Source of the DNA: Candidatus Amphirhobacter sp.
GTDB lineage: Bacteria; Pseudomonadota; Gammaproteobacteria; Tethybacterales; Tethybacteraceae
DNA: 64,000 nt
Reading direction: 5' to 3'
Assembly: GCA_965222035.1 (NCBI GenBank)
Contig: OZ244940.1
Location: forward strand, 899,015-963,014
A program made the position numbers and the translations under genes. This document shows positions 48,380 to 63,364 of this stretch, piece after piece. How positions within the stretch are numbered: the stretch's first letter is position 1; each line of letters starts with the position of its first letter. Below the pieces are notes generated by a model. That model made no database searches. It was not told the origin of the DNA and was given only the letters and a program-made list of their open reading frames with translations.

Positions 48380-49747
48380 CTAGGCCTCGACCGGCGGCAG
48401 GCCCTCAAGCGCCTTGGCCATGGCCGCCGGATCGGCGGCCTCGTTGCTGAGCGAGCCTGAGGCGTAGTCCATGTACGCCTGCATGTCGAAATGGCCATGG
48501 CCGCAGAGATTGAACAAGATCGTCTGGGACTTGCCCTCCTTCTTGCAGCGCTCGGCCTCCTCCAGCACGCAAGCGACCGCATGGTTGGCCTCCGGCGCCG
48601 GCAGAATGCCCTCGGCGCGCGCGAAGATCGCACCCGCCTCAAAACAGCGCAGCTGCTTGTACGACCGCGCCGCGATGCGCTCTTCCGCCACCAATTGACT
48701 CACCAGCGGCGCCATGCCGTGGTACCGCAAGCCGCCCGCATGAAAACCCGGCGGGACAAAACCCGCGCCCAGCGTATGCATCTTCACTAGCGGCGTCATC
48801 TGACCCGTGTCGCCGAAGTCGTAGGCGTACTTGCCGCGCGTCAAGGTCGGACAGTTGTCCGGCTCCGCCGCGATGAACTCGCAGTCGATCTCGCCGCGCA
48901 GCTTCGCCCCCAGGAAGGGAAATGCCAGGCCCGCGAAGTTGCTGCCGCCGCCGGTGCAGCCGATCACCAAGTCCGGCTGCGCGTCCGCCAGGCGCAGCTG
49001 CGCCATCGCTTCTTGGCCCACCACCGTCTGATGCAGCAAGACATGATTGAGCACGCTGCCCAGCGCATACTTGGTGTCGTCGCTGCTCGCCGCGCGCTCG
49101 ACCGCCTCGGAGATCGCGATCCCCAAGCTGCCGGTGCAGTCCGGATCGTCCGCCAGGATCTTGCGGCCCGCGTTGGTCTGGTCCGAAGGACTCGCGATGC
49201 AAGTCGCGCCGAAGGACTCCATGAAAGCCCGCCGATAGGGCTTCTGCCCGTAACTGACCTTCACCATGTACACCTCGACCTCCAGCCCGAACAACGAACC
49301 CGCCAGCGCCAGCGACGAGCCCCACTGGCCCGCGCCGGTCTCCGTCGTCAGGCGCTTGACGCCCTCCTCCTTGGCGTAATACGCCTGCGCGATCGCCGTG
49401 TTCGGCTTGTGGCTGCCCGCCGGGCTCACGCCCTCGTACTTGTAGAAGATCTTCGCCGGCGTGTCCAGCGCCTGCTCCAGCCGCCGCGCGCGATACAGCG
49501 GCGACGGGCGCCACTGCCGGTAGATCTCACGCACCGGCTCCGGAATCGGGACCTCGCGGTCCTGGCTGACCTCCTGCATGATGATCGCCATCGGGAACAA
49601 CGGCGCCAGGTCGTCCGGGCCCACCGGGTCCATGCGCCCCGGATGGATGACCGGCGGCGGCTTGACCGGCATGTCGGCCACGATGTTGTACCAGTGGCTC
49701 GGCAGCTGGTCCTCCGCTAGCAGGTATTTGACTTGTTCTTCGCTCAT
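48380..49747 (-). CDS. trpB2: TrpB2 (TrpB-like PLP enzyme)
   Basis: GSHKPNTA, TETGAGQWG, GGGSN, GGLRYHG; no adjacent trpA. Confidence 0.9.
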   Translation of the reverse strand: MSEEQVKYLLAEDQLPSHWYNIVADMPVKPPPVIHPGRMDPVGPDDLAPLFPMAIIMQEVSQDREVPIPEPVREIYRQWRPSPLYRARRLEQALDTPAKIFYKYEGVSPAGSHKPNTAIAQAYYAKEEGVKRLTTETGAGQWGSSLALAGSLFGLEVEVYMVKVSYGQKPYRRAFMESFGATCIASPSDQTNAGRKILADDPDCTGSLGIAISEAVERAASSDDTKYALGSVLNHVLLHQTVVGQEAMAQLRLADAQPDLVIGCTGGGSNFAGLAFPFLGAKLRGEIDCEFIAAEPDNCPTLTRGKYAYDFGDTGQMTPLVKMHTLGAGFVPPGFHAGGLRYHGMAPLVSQLVAEERIAARSYKQLRCFEAGAIFARAEGILPAPEANHAVACVLEEAERCKKEGKSQTILFNLCGHGHFDMQAYMDYASGSLSNEAADPAAMAKALEGLPPVEA

Positions 49748-49814
49748 GATATGGATCTCCCTCTGTAGATGTGTCCTTGTCCTCGCGCCCTTGCTCACGC
49801 CGCCGGGCCAGCGG

Positions 49815-49887
49815 TGCTGCAGGAGGGACTCGAACCCCCGACCTGCTATTTACGAAACAGCTGCTCTACCAGCTGAGCTACTGCAGC
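49815..49887 (-). tRNA. tRNA-Thr(CGT)
   Basis: GCTGCAG acceptor, TAGCTCAGCTGGTAGAGC D-arm, anticodon loop TTCGTAA, GGTTCGAGTCC; CCA not encoded. Confidence 0.95.
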
Positions 49888-49916
49888 ACAGGGATGCAAT
49901 TTTAGTTGCAAAGCCA

Positions 49917-50771
49917 CTAGTGCATGCTCATGTAGACGCCGCGCCGCCGCCGCGCCGTCAATACCACCATGACCACCGCCAGCGCCAGCGTGGTCAATAG
50001 CAGCGCGGAGATGTCGCCGGTCCCATCCGCCAGCGCATGCCCCAGGTGCACCCGCCAGATCGAGGCGAAGACGCCATGCTGGTACCACGCCAGGGCCTCC
50101 AGGACCGGATTGTCCGTGACCGCCGCCGTTTCAATCCGCTCCAGCACGACCAGCAACGCCATCAACACCCACCACACCCACGGCCGCAGCAGCAGCGCGC
50201 AGAACGCCAGGACCGAAGCCAAGCCCAGGCTGACCGTGAAGATCAAGGCGCCGCGGCCGATCATGCCCAGCCAGTCCCGCAGGTTGGCTACGACGATCGT
50301 GGCGAAGCCCTTGTCGCCGAAGATGAAGTACTCGAAGACCGAGAACAGCAGCCCGTAAACCAGCAGCGGCAGCGCCGCCAGCACGAAGAACACCAGCGCG
50401 CCCAGCATCTGGCCGACGAGCCACATGCTGTCCGCCACCGGCATGTTGTGCCAGAACAGAATGCTGCGGTCCTTCATGTTGTAATGGTCCATGCATGCGC
50501 AGCTGTAGAAGACGATGCCTCCGAACACAAACAGATAGAAGAAGTGGAAGTACGTCAGATGCACCGCCGGATACTGCGCCAGGGAACCCCCGAACAACAG
50601 TTTGTACGGCGCGCCCCGCGGCTCAAAGCCGAAAAAGCACAAGAGCAGGAACAACACCCCGGCCACGACGAGGATGATGGCCGCATAACGCAGCCGCCAC
50701 AGCAAGGTGGTGAGCGTGATGAGCAGGACCGCCTGCAGCTGGACGCGGATGCTGTGGAAAACTCCCGTCAT
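49917..50771 (-). CDS. Putative ABC-2 type permease
   Basis: Multi-TM; DRSILFW motif; ATG overlaps the ATPase stop (ATGA). Confidence 0.65.
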   Translation of the reverse strand: MTGVFHSIRVQLQAVLLITLTTLLWRLRYAAIILVVAGVLFLLLCFFGFEPRGAPYKLLFGGSLAQYPAVHLTYFHFFYLFVFGGIVFYSCACMDHYNMKDRSILFWHNMPVADSMWLVGQMLGALVFFVLAALPLLVYGLLFSVFEYFIFGDKGFATIVVANLRDWLGMIGRGALIFTVSLGLASVLAFCALLLRPWVWWVLMALLVVLERIETAAVTDNPVLEALAWYQHGVFASIWRVHLGHALADGTGDISALLLTTLALAVVMVVLTARRRRGVYMSMH

Positions 50772-51754
50772 CTGCGCCACCTACCCGCTAGGCGGGCGGG
50801 GGGGGGGGTGCGGGAGACTCCTTTGCTCGATGCCTGCGTGAACAACTGGGAGAACAGGCTCATGGTGGCCGGGCGCATGTTCATCCCCGTTTCCTGCAGC
50901 TCCTCTGCGGAGTGCTGGCGCTTGTCGAACAGCATGTGCGACCGCTGGGAGCCGCCGCCGCTGGTGTAGAGCGGCTTCAGGGTCGAAGCATCAAGCGCCA
51001 TGGCGCCGCCCCCTTCGAGAATGACATAATGCTCGGTCAGGTCTTCCCGGGACTCGTACAGGACCTTGCGGCCCTGCTCCAGCACCAGCACATGGGTCAG
51101 CACGCTCTCGATGTCATGCAGCCGCTCGGGCACGATGATCGCGCTGTTGCCCAGCTCCATGTAATGCTTGAGGTCCTGGGTGTTGAATTTATGGAGGTAC
51201 TCCCGCTCGGGCGGCGGCGCGAGCTCGTCGAGGATGATCAGATGCGTGTTCGAAGCCAGGGTCATCACCATCCGCAGATAGGACATCTGGCTCTCGGACA
51301 ATTCAGACAGGTGATGGTCGACGTCGATGTCGTGGGATTCCAGCACATACAGGAAATAATCGCGGTTGAACCGCGGATAGAACTGCTTCATCACCAATGC
51401 GAGAAAGCGTGGCGACGACCACGCCGGCCGCGAAGACAGCGAGGTGATGACCGATGCGTCCCGCGCCACCAGGTGCCGCTCGGTCCAGGGATTGCGGCCC
51501 GCCAGCGACAGGTAGCTGCCGCGCGCCGGCTTGAGATCGCCGCGCAGCAGGTGGCAGAACGTGGTCCGGCCCGATCCTTGCCGGCCCATCAACGCCACCA
51601 TCGAGCCCTGCTCGATCTCGAGGTTGATGTCGTGCAAGTCGTATTCGTTGTCGCTGCCATGGTGCTTGAAACTCAAATGCTTGGCGCTCAGCAGCGGCAG
51701 ATGCTCGAGCTGCAAAGCAGGCATCTTCTCTTGGCGGTATTCCAGGACGCTCAT
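50768..51754 (-). CDS. ABC transporter ATP-binding protein with degenerate motifs
   Basis: [20 protein letters not shown]; start overlaps gltD stop. Confidence 0.75.
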   Translation of the reverse strand: MSVLEYRQEKMPALQLEHLPLLSAKHLSFKHHGSDNEYDLHDINLEIEQGSMVALMGRQGSGRTTFCHLLRGDLKPARGSYLSLAGRNPWTERHLVARDASVITSLSSRPAWSSPRFLALVMKQFYPRFNRDYFLYVLESHDIDVDHHLSELSESQMSYLRMVMTLASNTHLIILDELAPPPEREYLHKFNTQDLKHYMELGNSAIIVPERLHDIESVLTHVLVLEQGRKVLYESREDLTEHYVILEGGGAMALDASTLKPLYTSGGGSQRSHMLFDKRQHSAEELQETGMNMRPATMSLFSQLFTQASSKGVSRTPPPARLAGRWRR

Positions 51755-53166
51755 GCTTGCTCCCGCAGGTCGGCGTCGATCGCTTCCGCGCACATGCGGC
51801 CCTCGCGAATGGCCCAGACCACCAGCGACTGCCCGCGCCGCATGTCGCCGGCCGCGTAGACCCCGGGCGCCGAAGTACGGAACGCGCCGAAATCCGCCTT
51901 GACGTTGCCGCGCTGGTCCAGCTCCAGCTTGAGCTCGGCCACCGGACCGTCGTGCCGCGGGTGCACATAACCCATCGCCAGCAGCACCAGGTCGGCCGCG
52001 AAACGCAGCTCCTCTCCCGTCTGCTCCATCTGCATGCGGCCGTTGTCCTTGCGCCATTGCACCCGGCGCGCATACAGCGCCTCAACCTTGTCCTTGCCCT
52101 CGAGGCGGGTGGTCGCGATGCTCCAGTCGCGCGCGCAGCCCTCGTCGTGCGAGGTCGAAGTGCGCAGCTTGAGCGGCCAGTCCGGCCAGGTCAGCAGCTT
52201 GTCCTCGGCCTCCGGCGGCTGGGGCAGCAATTCAAACTGGGTGATCGACTTGGCGCCCTGCCGGTTCGAGGTGCCGATGCAGTCCGAGCCAGTGTCGCCG
52301 CCGCCGATGACGATCACGTCCTTGCCCGCAGCGGTCAACTCGGGGACGTCGGCGTCGCCCGCTACCCGGCGGTTCTGCAGCGGCAGGAAATCCATCGCGA
52401 AATGCGCGCCCGCCAGCTCGCGGCCCTCGACCTCCAAATCGCGCGGGTGCTCGCAGCCGCCGCAGAGCGCGACCGCCGCATGCCGCTCGCGCAGCTCAGC
52501 CATGCTGATGTCCACGCCGATATGGCTGTTCGGCTTGAACGCCACCCCTTCGGCCTCAAGCTGTTCCAGCCGGCGATCGATCCAGCGCTTCTCCAGCTTG
52601 AAATCGGGTATGCCGTAGCGCAGCAGCCCGCCTAAGCGGTCGTTCTTCTCGTAAAGCGTTACTTGATGTCCCGCCCGCGCCAGCTGCTGGGCGCACGCCA
52701 GGCCCGAAGGACCCGAACCCACCACCGCGACGCTCTTGCCCGTTTGCTGCGCCGGCGGCTGCGGCTGTGCCCAGCCCTCGGCGAAGGCGCGCTCGACGAT
52801 CGCCAGCTCCAGCGACTTGATCGTGACCGGATCGTCGTTGAAATTCAACGTGCATGAGGCCTCGCACGGCGCCGGACAGATGCGGCCGGTGAACTCAGGG
52901 AAATTGTTGGTCGCCGCCAAGGCCCGGTAGGCCTCGCGCCAATCGCCCTGGTAGACCAGGTCGTTCCAGTCCGGAATAACGTTGCTAACCGGACAGCCTT
53001 CCTGGCAGTAGGGAATGCCGCAGTCCATGCAGCGCGCGCCCTGCTCGCGCAGTTGGCCTTCAGCTGGTACCAGCATGAACTCCCGGTAGTGCTTGAGCCG
53101 CTCCGGCGGCGGCGCATACTCGTCCCGCCGACGCTCGATCTCGAGAAAACCTGTTGTCTTGCCCAT
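51751..53166 (-). CDS. gltD: Glutamate synthase small subunit
   Basis: [35 protein letters not shown]. Confidence 0.97.
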   Translation of the reverse strand: MGKTTGFLEIERRRDEYAPPPERLKHYREFMLVPAEGQLREQGARCMDCGIPYCQEGCPVSNVIPDWNDLVYQGDWREAYRALAATNNFPEFTGRICPAPCEASCTLNFNDDPVTIKSLELAIVERAFAEGWAQPQPPAQQTGKSVAVVGSGPSGLACAQQLARAGHQVTLYEKNDRLGGLLRYGIPDFKLEKRWIDRRLEQLEAEGVAFKPNSHIGVDISMAELRERHAAVALCGGCEHPRDLEVEGRELAGAHFAMDFLPLQNRRVAGDADVPELTAAGKDVIVIGGGDTGSDCIGTSNRQGAKSITQFELLPQPPEAEDKLLTWPDWPLKLRTSTSHDEGCARDWSIATTRLEGKDKVEALYARRVQWRKDNGRMQMEQTGEELRFAADLVLLAMGYVHPRHDGPVAELKLELDQRGNVKADFGAFRTSAPGVYAAGDMRRGQSLVVWAIREGRMCAEAIDADLREQA

Positions 53167-53178
53167 CGCCTTGCCCCG

Positions 53179-57738
<4,560 letters not shown>

Positions 57739-57983
57739 ATCGCCTAGTTGAATCGGTTATTTTAACCAATTAATGGCGGAGGCAGGATGCGGAGCTGCCG
57801 CCCTCCTCTACAAACCTAAGGAAGCTTAGTAAATGACCAGGATGATGTGGCTGCTAGGTTCCGTATGGAGATTTGTGGTTGCTGGCATATGTTCTGGACA
57901 GCAGACTCTTTAGCACCTTTTGCGCTTGCATGGGCTGGGAACAGGCCTCCTTGATGGCCAGGCATCTAGGCTACGGAGCGATG

Positions 57984-58667
57984 CTAACTCTGCGGCTTGT
58001 CCTTTCCCCCTTGATGATCGTCGAGGTATTTACGAGCTTTGTTGATATAGGACTTGCCGTTGCGGAACTGCCCTAGGCCGGTATTGCAGCTTTCGCAGAT
58101 GAAGTCGCGGAAATCGCCGCTCTTATGATCATGGTCGCGGACGGCACGGGATGTCACCTGTGCAATGAAACCTTGCCCGCACAGCGGGCAGGCAAAAATA
58201 GAACCTGGCTTGGGCCGGCGATGCTCAGCCGCCTTGGCTTGTTCACGATTTAACGGCTGGCCCCGGCGCTCTTTGCGGCACTTCTTGCAGCTAGCGCGCC
58301 GCACTACACCAGTCTTGTTGTAGCGATCGCATGCGAATTCACTGACTGGCAACAGGCAGTGACAGTGTTTGCAGATTTTTTGGCTGTGAGCGTCTCCGGT
58401 GGCATGCAGGCCGAACGACTCCACCTCCCGATACGGCACCAGCCACCGCCTGCCATCTACCAGGTGAATTTGAAAGCTACCGAGGTCGCGTACGAAGTAT
58501 TCGAGAATGCCTACGGCGTTGCGGTCGAAGCCTTTATTGTCCTGCTTCGGCTGACTGTTGTCGTCGAGTACCAGCCCCTTGCCGGCGAAGCAAAACACCC
58601 ACGGAACGTGGAGTTCGTTGTTCAGAACCTCGCTGGATTCGCTCAAGTCGCAGCCAGAATGGGACAA
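57984..58667 (-). CDS. Hpy99I-family (His-Me finger, endonuclease VII-like) restriction endonuclease
   Basis: TG...KICKHCH, SCKKCR, F.CPLC, DHDH, ICESCNTGLG.F pattern, as I recall from R.Hpy99I. Confidence 0.8.
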   Translation of the reverse strand: MSHSGCDLSESSEVLNNELHVPWVFCFAGKGLVLDDNSQPKQDNKGFDRNAVGILEYFVRDLGSFQIHLVDGRRWLVPYREVESFGLHATGDAHSQKICKHCHCLLPVSEFACDRYNKTGVVRRASCKKCRKERRGQPLNREQAKAAEHRRPKPGSIFACPLCGQGFIAQVTSRAVRDHDHKSGDFRDFICESCNTGLGQFRNGKSYINKARKYLDDHQGGKDKPQS

Positions 58668-58679
58668 GGCACAGGAATG

Positions 58680-59090
58680 TTAGATGATCTTGATGGTGTG
58701 AACCTCGCCGTCGTCGTCGGTGTAACCGAGGACGCTCATTTTGCCGCAGGTCGCGCGGCTGGGAGGTTTGTCGGTCTTGTTCTCCTTCATCCAGCCGCGT
58801 ACGTGCCGCTCCCATTCCTCTGCCGGTATGGGATCGAAGGGTTCGTACGGACGGTTGTACTCATCTTCCTCGGTCCATTCAGGCGTGGTCCAGGCGAGCA
58901 GCAGCTTATGCAGGGCCTCCAACTGATACTGCTGCTCGGCGATGGCAGCCGCCAACTTCTCGACCTGGACCATCACGTCGGTCTGGGTGGGAGGAAGGGG
59001 GGCAGGCTCCGCTGGAGCATCCGCCTTCTTGCCCTTGGCAGATTTAGGATTGGATTTGGGCTTGGCCCGTGTGGTCGGTGAAGACGCCAT
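58680..59090 (-). CDS. Hypothetical protein, paralog C of a triplicated family
   Basis: Shares PYEP...EEW..H.RGWMK...PP.R...C...Y.D.DG with the two upstream genes; TATAAT 8 nt before ATG. Confidence 0.75.
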   Translation of the reverse strand: MASSPTTRAKPKSNPKSAKGKKADAPAEPAPLPPTQTDVMVQVEKLAAAIAEQQYQLEALHKLLLAWTTPEWTEEDEYNRPYEPFDPIPAEEWERHVRGWMKENKTDKPPSRATCGKMSVLGYTDDDGEVHTIKII

Positions 59091-59119
59091 TGCGACCAAT
59101 TATACCTTATGCATACTGC

Positions 59120-59551
59120 TCACAGGTCAACTGGAATAACCCATTCCTTGCCGTCCTCGTCGATATACCTGATGTCGCGGTCGCGAGCACAGCCAGGCTC
59201 GCGGGCCGGAGGCTCGGTGGTCTCGTGGTCCTTCATCCAGCCACGCAGGTGCTTCGCCCATTCTTCCGGCGTCATCCCGACGGAGGGTTCATAGGGCATG
59301 AAATTATATGCCTCATTTTCCCGCTTCGAATACTCCCGCTCGGTCCAGAAAGCCACTAGATGGCGAATGTAAGCGAGTTGTTTGTGCTGCGTCGCAATCG
59401 TCGCGCGCAGCTGCTCCACTAATTGCAGCGCCTCGGCCCTGGTCGGCAGGTTGGGCTCGGGCGCCGGCTTGGGCTGAGCCTGCTTGCGCTTGGCGGGCTT
59501 GGTCCCGGATTTAGTCCGGGGCTTAGACCGCGCAATCGAGGGAGTAGCCAT
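59120..59551 (-). CDS. Hypothetical protein, paralog B of a triplicated family
   Basis: Near-identical DNA to 59581-59982 over most of its length; upstream block shared with paralog C. Confidence 0.75.
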   Translation of the reverse strand: MATPSIARSKPRTKSGTKPAKRKQAQPKPAPEPNLPTRAEALQLVEQLRATIATQHKQLAYIRHLVAFWTEREYSKRENEAYNFMPYEPSVGMTPEEWAKHLRGWMKDHETTEPPAREPGCARDRDIRYIDEDGKEWVIPVDL

Positions 59552-59580
59552 TGCGACCAATTATACCTTATGCGGGCCGC

Positions 59581-59982
59581 TCAGTCGCAAACCGGAATAA
59601 CCCATTCCTTGCCGTCCTCATCGACATACCTGATGCGGCGGTCGCGAGCACAGCCAGGCTCGCGGGCCGGAGGCTTAGTGGTTTGGTGGTACTTCATCCA
59701 GCCGCGCAGGTGCTTGGCCCATTCCTCCGGCGTCAACCCGCCGAAGGGCTCATAGGGCATGAAGCTGTATGCCTCATTTTCCCGCTTCGAATACTCTCGC
59801 TCGGTCCAGAAAGCCACTAGATGGCGAATGTAAGCGAGTTGTTTGTGCTGCGCCGCAATCGTCGCTCGCAGCTGCTCCACCAACTGCAGCGCCTCGGCCC
59901 TGGTCGGCAGGTTGGGATCGGGAGGCGGCTTGGGCTGCGCCTGCTTGCGCTTGGGCTTTTTCTGCTGAGCAGCCGGAGACAT
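59581..59982 (-). CDS. Hypothetical protein, paralog A of a triplicated family
   Basis: Starts 7 nt after ALDH stop; near-identical to paralog B. Confidence 0.75.
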   Translation of the reverse strand: MSPAAQQKKPKRKQAQPKPPPDPNLPTRAEALQLVEQLRATIAAQHKQLAYIRHLVAFWTEREYSKRENEAYSFMPYEPFGGLTPEEWAKHLRGWMKYHQTTKPPAREPGCARDRRIRYVDEDGKEWVIPVCD

Positions 59983-59989
59983 GGCTTGC

Positions 59990-61420
59990 TCAGGCCGCCG
60001 GCGGTACCCCGTGGAAGACGATCGTCTTCTCCTCGGTCATTTCCAGGCAAGTCGAACGCATGCCCTCCTTGCCGATGCCGCTGCCCTTGAGGCCGCCGTA
60101 GGGCATGAAATCAGCGCGCCACTGGGTCGACCAGTTGATGTGGACGTTGCCCGATTCGCAATCGCGCGCGAAGCGCAGGGCGCTGGCGTAGTCCCGGGTG
60201 TGGACCGAGGCGCTGAGGCCGTAGTCCGAATCGTTGGCGAGCGCCAGGGCCTCGTCGATGTTGGACGCCGGCGTCGCCGCCACCACCGGGCCGAAGACCT
60301 CGCCGCACATCACCTTCATGTCGGGCTTGGCGTCGGCGAGGATGGTCGGGGCGTAGACGCTGCGGTCGCGGCTGCCGCCGGTCACCACCCGGGCGCCGGC
60401 CGCCTGGGCCTCGTCGACCCAGGCCTCGACGCGCTCGGCCTCCTTCTCCTCGATCATCGCCGCGAGCTTGGTGCCCTCCTCCTTGGGCGAGCCCACCTTG
60501 ATCTTCTCGACCTCGGCCTTGGCCGCGTCGAGGAAATCGCCGTAGATGGAGCGGTCGACGATGGCGCGCTGCAGCGAGATGCACACCTGCCCGGCGTTGG
60601 CGTAGCCGCCGTAGGCGACGTGCGCGGCCACCTGCTCCAGGTCCGCGTCCGGCAGCACCACCATGGGGCTGTTCGAGCCCAGCTCGAGCGACAGCTTCTT
60701 GAGGCCGGCGACGTTCGCGAGCCGCTGCCCGACTTCCATGCTGCCGGTGAAGCTGATCTTGCGCGGGCGCGGGTCGGATGCGAGCGCCTCGCCGATTTTC
60801 GCGCCGGAGCCGGTGATCACCTGCAGCTGGTCGCCGTCGTAGCCCGCCTCATGGAACAGCTCGGTGAGCATGATGGCCGACAGCGGCGTGACCGAGGCCG
60901 GCTTGAGGATGACCGCGTTGCCAGTCGTCAGCGCCGGCGCGACCTTGTGCAGCGCGAGCATCAGCGGGAAGTTGAACGGCGTGATCGCGACGACGATGCC
61001 GCAGGGTACCCGCATGGTCATGCCGATCTTGCCGGCGCCGTTCGGGGCCGCCTCCAGCGGCAGCTGCTCGCCGCGGACCATCGCGCCCTCGAAGGCGCTG
61101 AGGCGAATGATCTCGACCGAGCGGGAGGCCTCGGTGCGGGCCTCGGCGAGCGGCTTGCCGTTCTCGGCGGTGATCGCCTCGGCGAAGTCCTCGACGCGCT
61201 CTTGCAGCAATTCGGCCGCCTTGAGGGTCGCGAGATAGCGCTTGTGCGCGCCCATCTGGCGCTGCTGGACCACGCCCTTGGCGGCGGCGGCGAGGGCGCG
61301 CTCGGCGTCTTTAGGCTCGGCGGCGGGGACCTCGTCGAAGACCTCGCCATCATAAGGATGGGCGACCGCCAGGGCTTGGTTGCCCTCCTGCCATTTGCCG
61401 GCGATGTAGTTCTTGCGCAT
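59990..61420 (-). CDS. Aldehyde dehydrogenase family protein
   Basis: ITPFNFP, FTGS, LELG, GQVC, EVFGP. Confidence 0.93.
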   Translation of the reverse strand: MRKNYIAGKWQEGNQALAVAHPYDGEVFDEVPAAEPKDAERALAAAAKGVVQQRQMGAHKRYLATLKAAELLQERVEDFAEAITAENGKPLAEARTEASRSVEIIRLSAFEGAMVRGEQLPLEAAPNGAGKIGMTMRVPCGIVVAITPFNFPLMLALHKVAPALTTGNAVILKPASVTPLSAIMLTELFHEAGYDGDQLQVITGSGAKIGEALASDPRPRKISFTGSMEVGQRLANVAGLKKLSLELGSNSPMVVLPDADLEQVAAHVAYGGYANAGQVCISLQRAIVDRSIYGDFLDAAKAEVEKIKVGSPKEEGTKLAAMIEEKEAERVEAWVDEAQAAGARVVTGGSRDRSVYAPTILADAKPDMKVMCGEVFGPVVAATPASNIDEALALANDSDYGLSASVHTRDYASALRFARDCESGNVHINWSTQWRADFMPYGGLKGSGIGKEGMRSTCLEMTEEKTIVFHGVPPAA

Positions 61421-61504
61421 AGCTTGTATGTCCCAGGCATGCCAGGCTTTAGAATAACAGCCCGGCGCCTTTGCCTCCCTATTCCCATTTTAGCCTACCC
61501 GCCC

Positions 61505-62299
61505 ATGACTTCCACACCCGTCAAAGCCCTCGTATGGGGCGAGAACCACCACGAGCAGACCAGCGAAAAAGTGCGCGCCGTCTATCCCGACGGCATGCAC
61601 GCCTGCATCGCCGCGGCCCTGAGCGCCGACGCCGGCATCACCGCGACCACCGCCACTTTGCAAGAGCCCGAGCACGGCCTCACCGATGAGGCGCTGGCGG
61701 CGGCCGACGTGCTGCTGTGGTGGGGACACGCCAAGCATGGCGACGTCGACGACAAGGTCGTCGAGCGCGTCGCCGAGCACGTCTGGGCCGGCCTGGGGCT
61801 CATCGTGCTGCACTCGGCGCACTTCTCCAAGATTTTCAAGCGCCTGATGGGCACGCCATGCAACCTGCACTGGCGCGAGGCCGGCGAGCGCGAGCGCCTG
61901 TGGACCGTCAATCCCCGCCATCCGATCGCCGCGGGCATTCCGCCGCATTTCGAGCTCGCGAACGAGGAGATGTACGGCGAGCCCTTCGGCATCCCCGAGC
62001 CGCTCGAGACGGTCTTCGTCGCGTGGTTCCAAGGCGGCGAGGTGTTCCGCTCCGGGGTGACCTTCCGCCGCGGCGCCGGCAACATCTTTTATTTCCAGCC
62101 CGGCCATGAGGTCTATCCGATCTATCACGACGCGACCATCCAGCAGGTCCTGCGCAATGCGGTCCGCTGGGCCTGCAATCCGCAGCCGCGCATCGAGAAA
62201 GTGACCGACGCGCCCAACTTCCCGATCGAGCGCGCCCTTGAGAAGCTCGAGGAGCGCGGCCCGAAGCTGCACGCCAAGGGCGAAGAGGGTTTTAAATGA
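61505..62299 (+). CDS. thuA: Trehalose utilization protein ThuA
   Basis: [36 protein letters not shown]. Confidence 0.9.
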   Translation: MTSTPVKALVWGENHHEQTSEKVRAVYPDGMHACIAAALSADAGITATTATLQEPEHGLTDEALAAADVLLWWGHAKHGDVDDKVVERVAEHVWAGLGLIVLHSAHFSKIFKRLMGTPCNLHWREAGERERLWTVNPRHPIAAGIPPHFELANEEMYGEPFGIPEPLETVFVAWFQGGEVFRSGVTFRRGAGNIFYFQPGHEVYPIYHDATIQQVLRNAVRWACNPQPRIEKVTDAPNFPIERALEKLEERGPKLHAKGEEGFK

Positions 62300-63357
62300 G
62301 CAAGCCGATGCGCGTCTTGATCGTCGGCGCCGGCAACATGGCGAACTTCCACGCCCAGAACTACCAGGCCAGCGGCGTCGAGGTGGTCGGCGCGGTCGAC
62401 GTCAAGGAGGACAATCTCGCGCAGTTCTGCGAGCGCCACAAGGTCGGCAAGAGCTTCGGCTCGGTCGAGGACGCGATGCAGTGGGGCGAGTTCGACAGCG
62501 CCTCGGTGGTCACGCCCGATCCCATGCACAAGGACGCGAGCATCGCGCTGCTCGGCGCGGGCAAGCACGTGCTGTGCGAGAAGCCGCTGGCGCCCAACCA
62601 TGCGGACGCGCGCGCCATGGCGGACGCGGCCAAGGCGGCGGGCACGGTGGCGATGGTGCACATGACCTACCGGCAGTCGGCTGCGCTCAACGCAGCCCAT
62701 GCCCTGGTGCGCGATGGCAAGCTGGGCACGCTGCGGCACGTCCAGGCGGAGTACCGCCAGAGCTGGCTGGCGCAGGACAGCTGGGGCGACTGGCGCAGCA
62801 TGGACACCTGGCTGTGGCGCCTGTCCTCCCAGCATGGATCCCTGGGCGTGCTCGGAGACGTCGGCGTGCACCTGCTGGACTTCGCGTGCTTCGCGGCCGA
62901 CGCGCGCATCGCTGACGTACGCTGCTTGCTGCGCGCCTTCCACAAGGCGGACAACGACCGCATCGGCGAGTACGACCTGGACGCCAACGATTCAGCGGTG
63001 ATCACGGCGAGCTTGGACAACGGCGCGATCGCGGTGCTGCAGGCGAGCCGTTGGATGACGGGCTACATCAACGAGCTGCATCTGCAGCTGTTCGGCGACG
63101 AGGGCGCGCTGGAAGTAACGCACAGCCACGATGAGGACGTGCTGCGGACCTGCCTGGGCACGGCCGACCTCAAGGCGGGCAAGTGGGAGAACGCGCAGCC
63201 TGAGCCCCAGCCGAAGACCATCGAGCGCTTCATCGCGGCGGTACGCGACGGCGGCCCGCGCGATCCGGATTTCGAGCGCGGCTGCGAGCTGCAGCAGGCG
63301 ATTGACCTGGCGTTCGCGGCCGACCGCGACGGCGGCGTCCACGCCACGGCTGGCTAG
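62296..63357 (+). CDS. Gfo/Idh/MocA family oxidoreductase (ThuB-like)
   Basis: GAGNMA, CEKP, LGDVGVH; coupled to thuA. Confidence 0.88.
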   Translation: MSKPMRVLIVGAGNMANFHAQNYQASGVEVVGAVDVKEDNLAQFCERHKVGKSFGSVEDAMQWGEFDSASVVTPDPMHKDASIALLGAGKHVLCEKPLAPNHADARAMADAAKAAGTVAMVHMTYRQSAALNAAHALVRDGKLGTLRHVQAEYRQSWLAQDSWGDWRSMDTWLWRLSSQHGSLGVLGDVGVHLLDFACFAADARIADVRCLLRAFHKADNDRIGEYDLDANDSAVITASLDNGAIAVLQASRWMTGYINELHLQLFGDEGALEVTHSHDEDVLRTCLGTADLKAGKWENAQPEPQPKTIERFIAAVRDGGPRDPDFERGCELQQAIDLAFAADRDGGVHATAG

Positions 63358-63364
63358 CTAGTCT

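Noticed and set aside
57873-58076. 67-aa plus-strand ORF between gltB and the nuclease
   Set aside because: Overlaps the nuclease gene antisense; no recognisable features
59981-61504. Apparent 508-aa N-terminal extension of ThuA (likewise extensions on oadA, GH20, ADC-like, SDR and ABC ATPase ORFs)
   Set aside because: Overlap real neighbouring genes; better starts lie next to promoters or upstream stops
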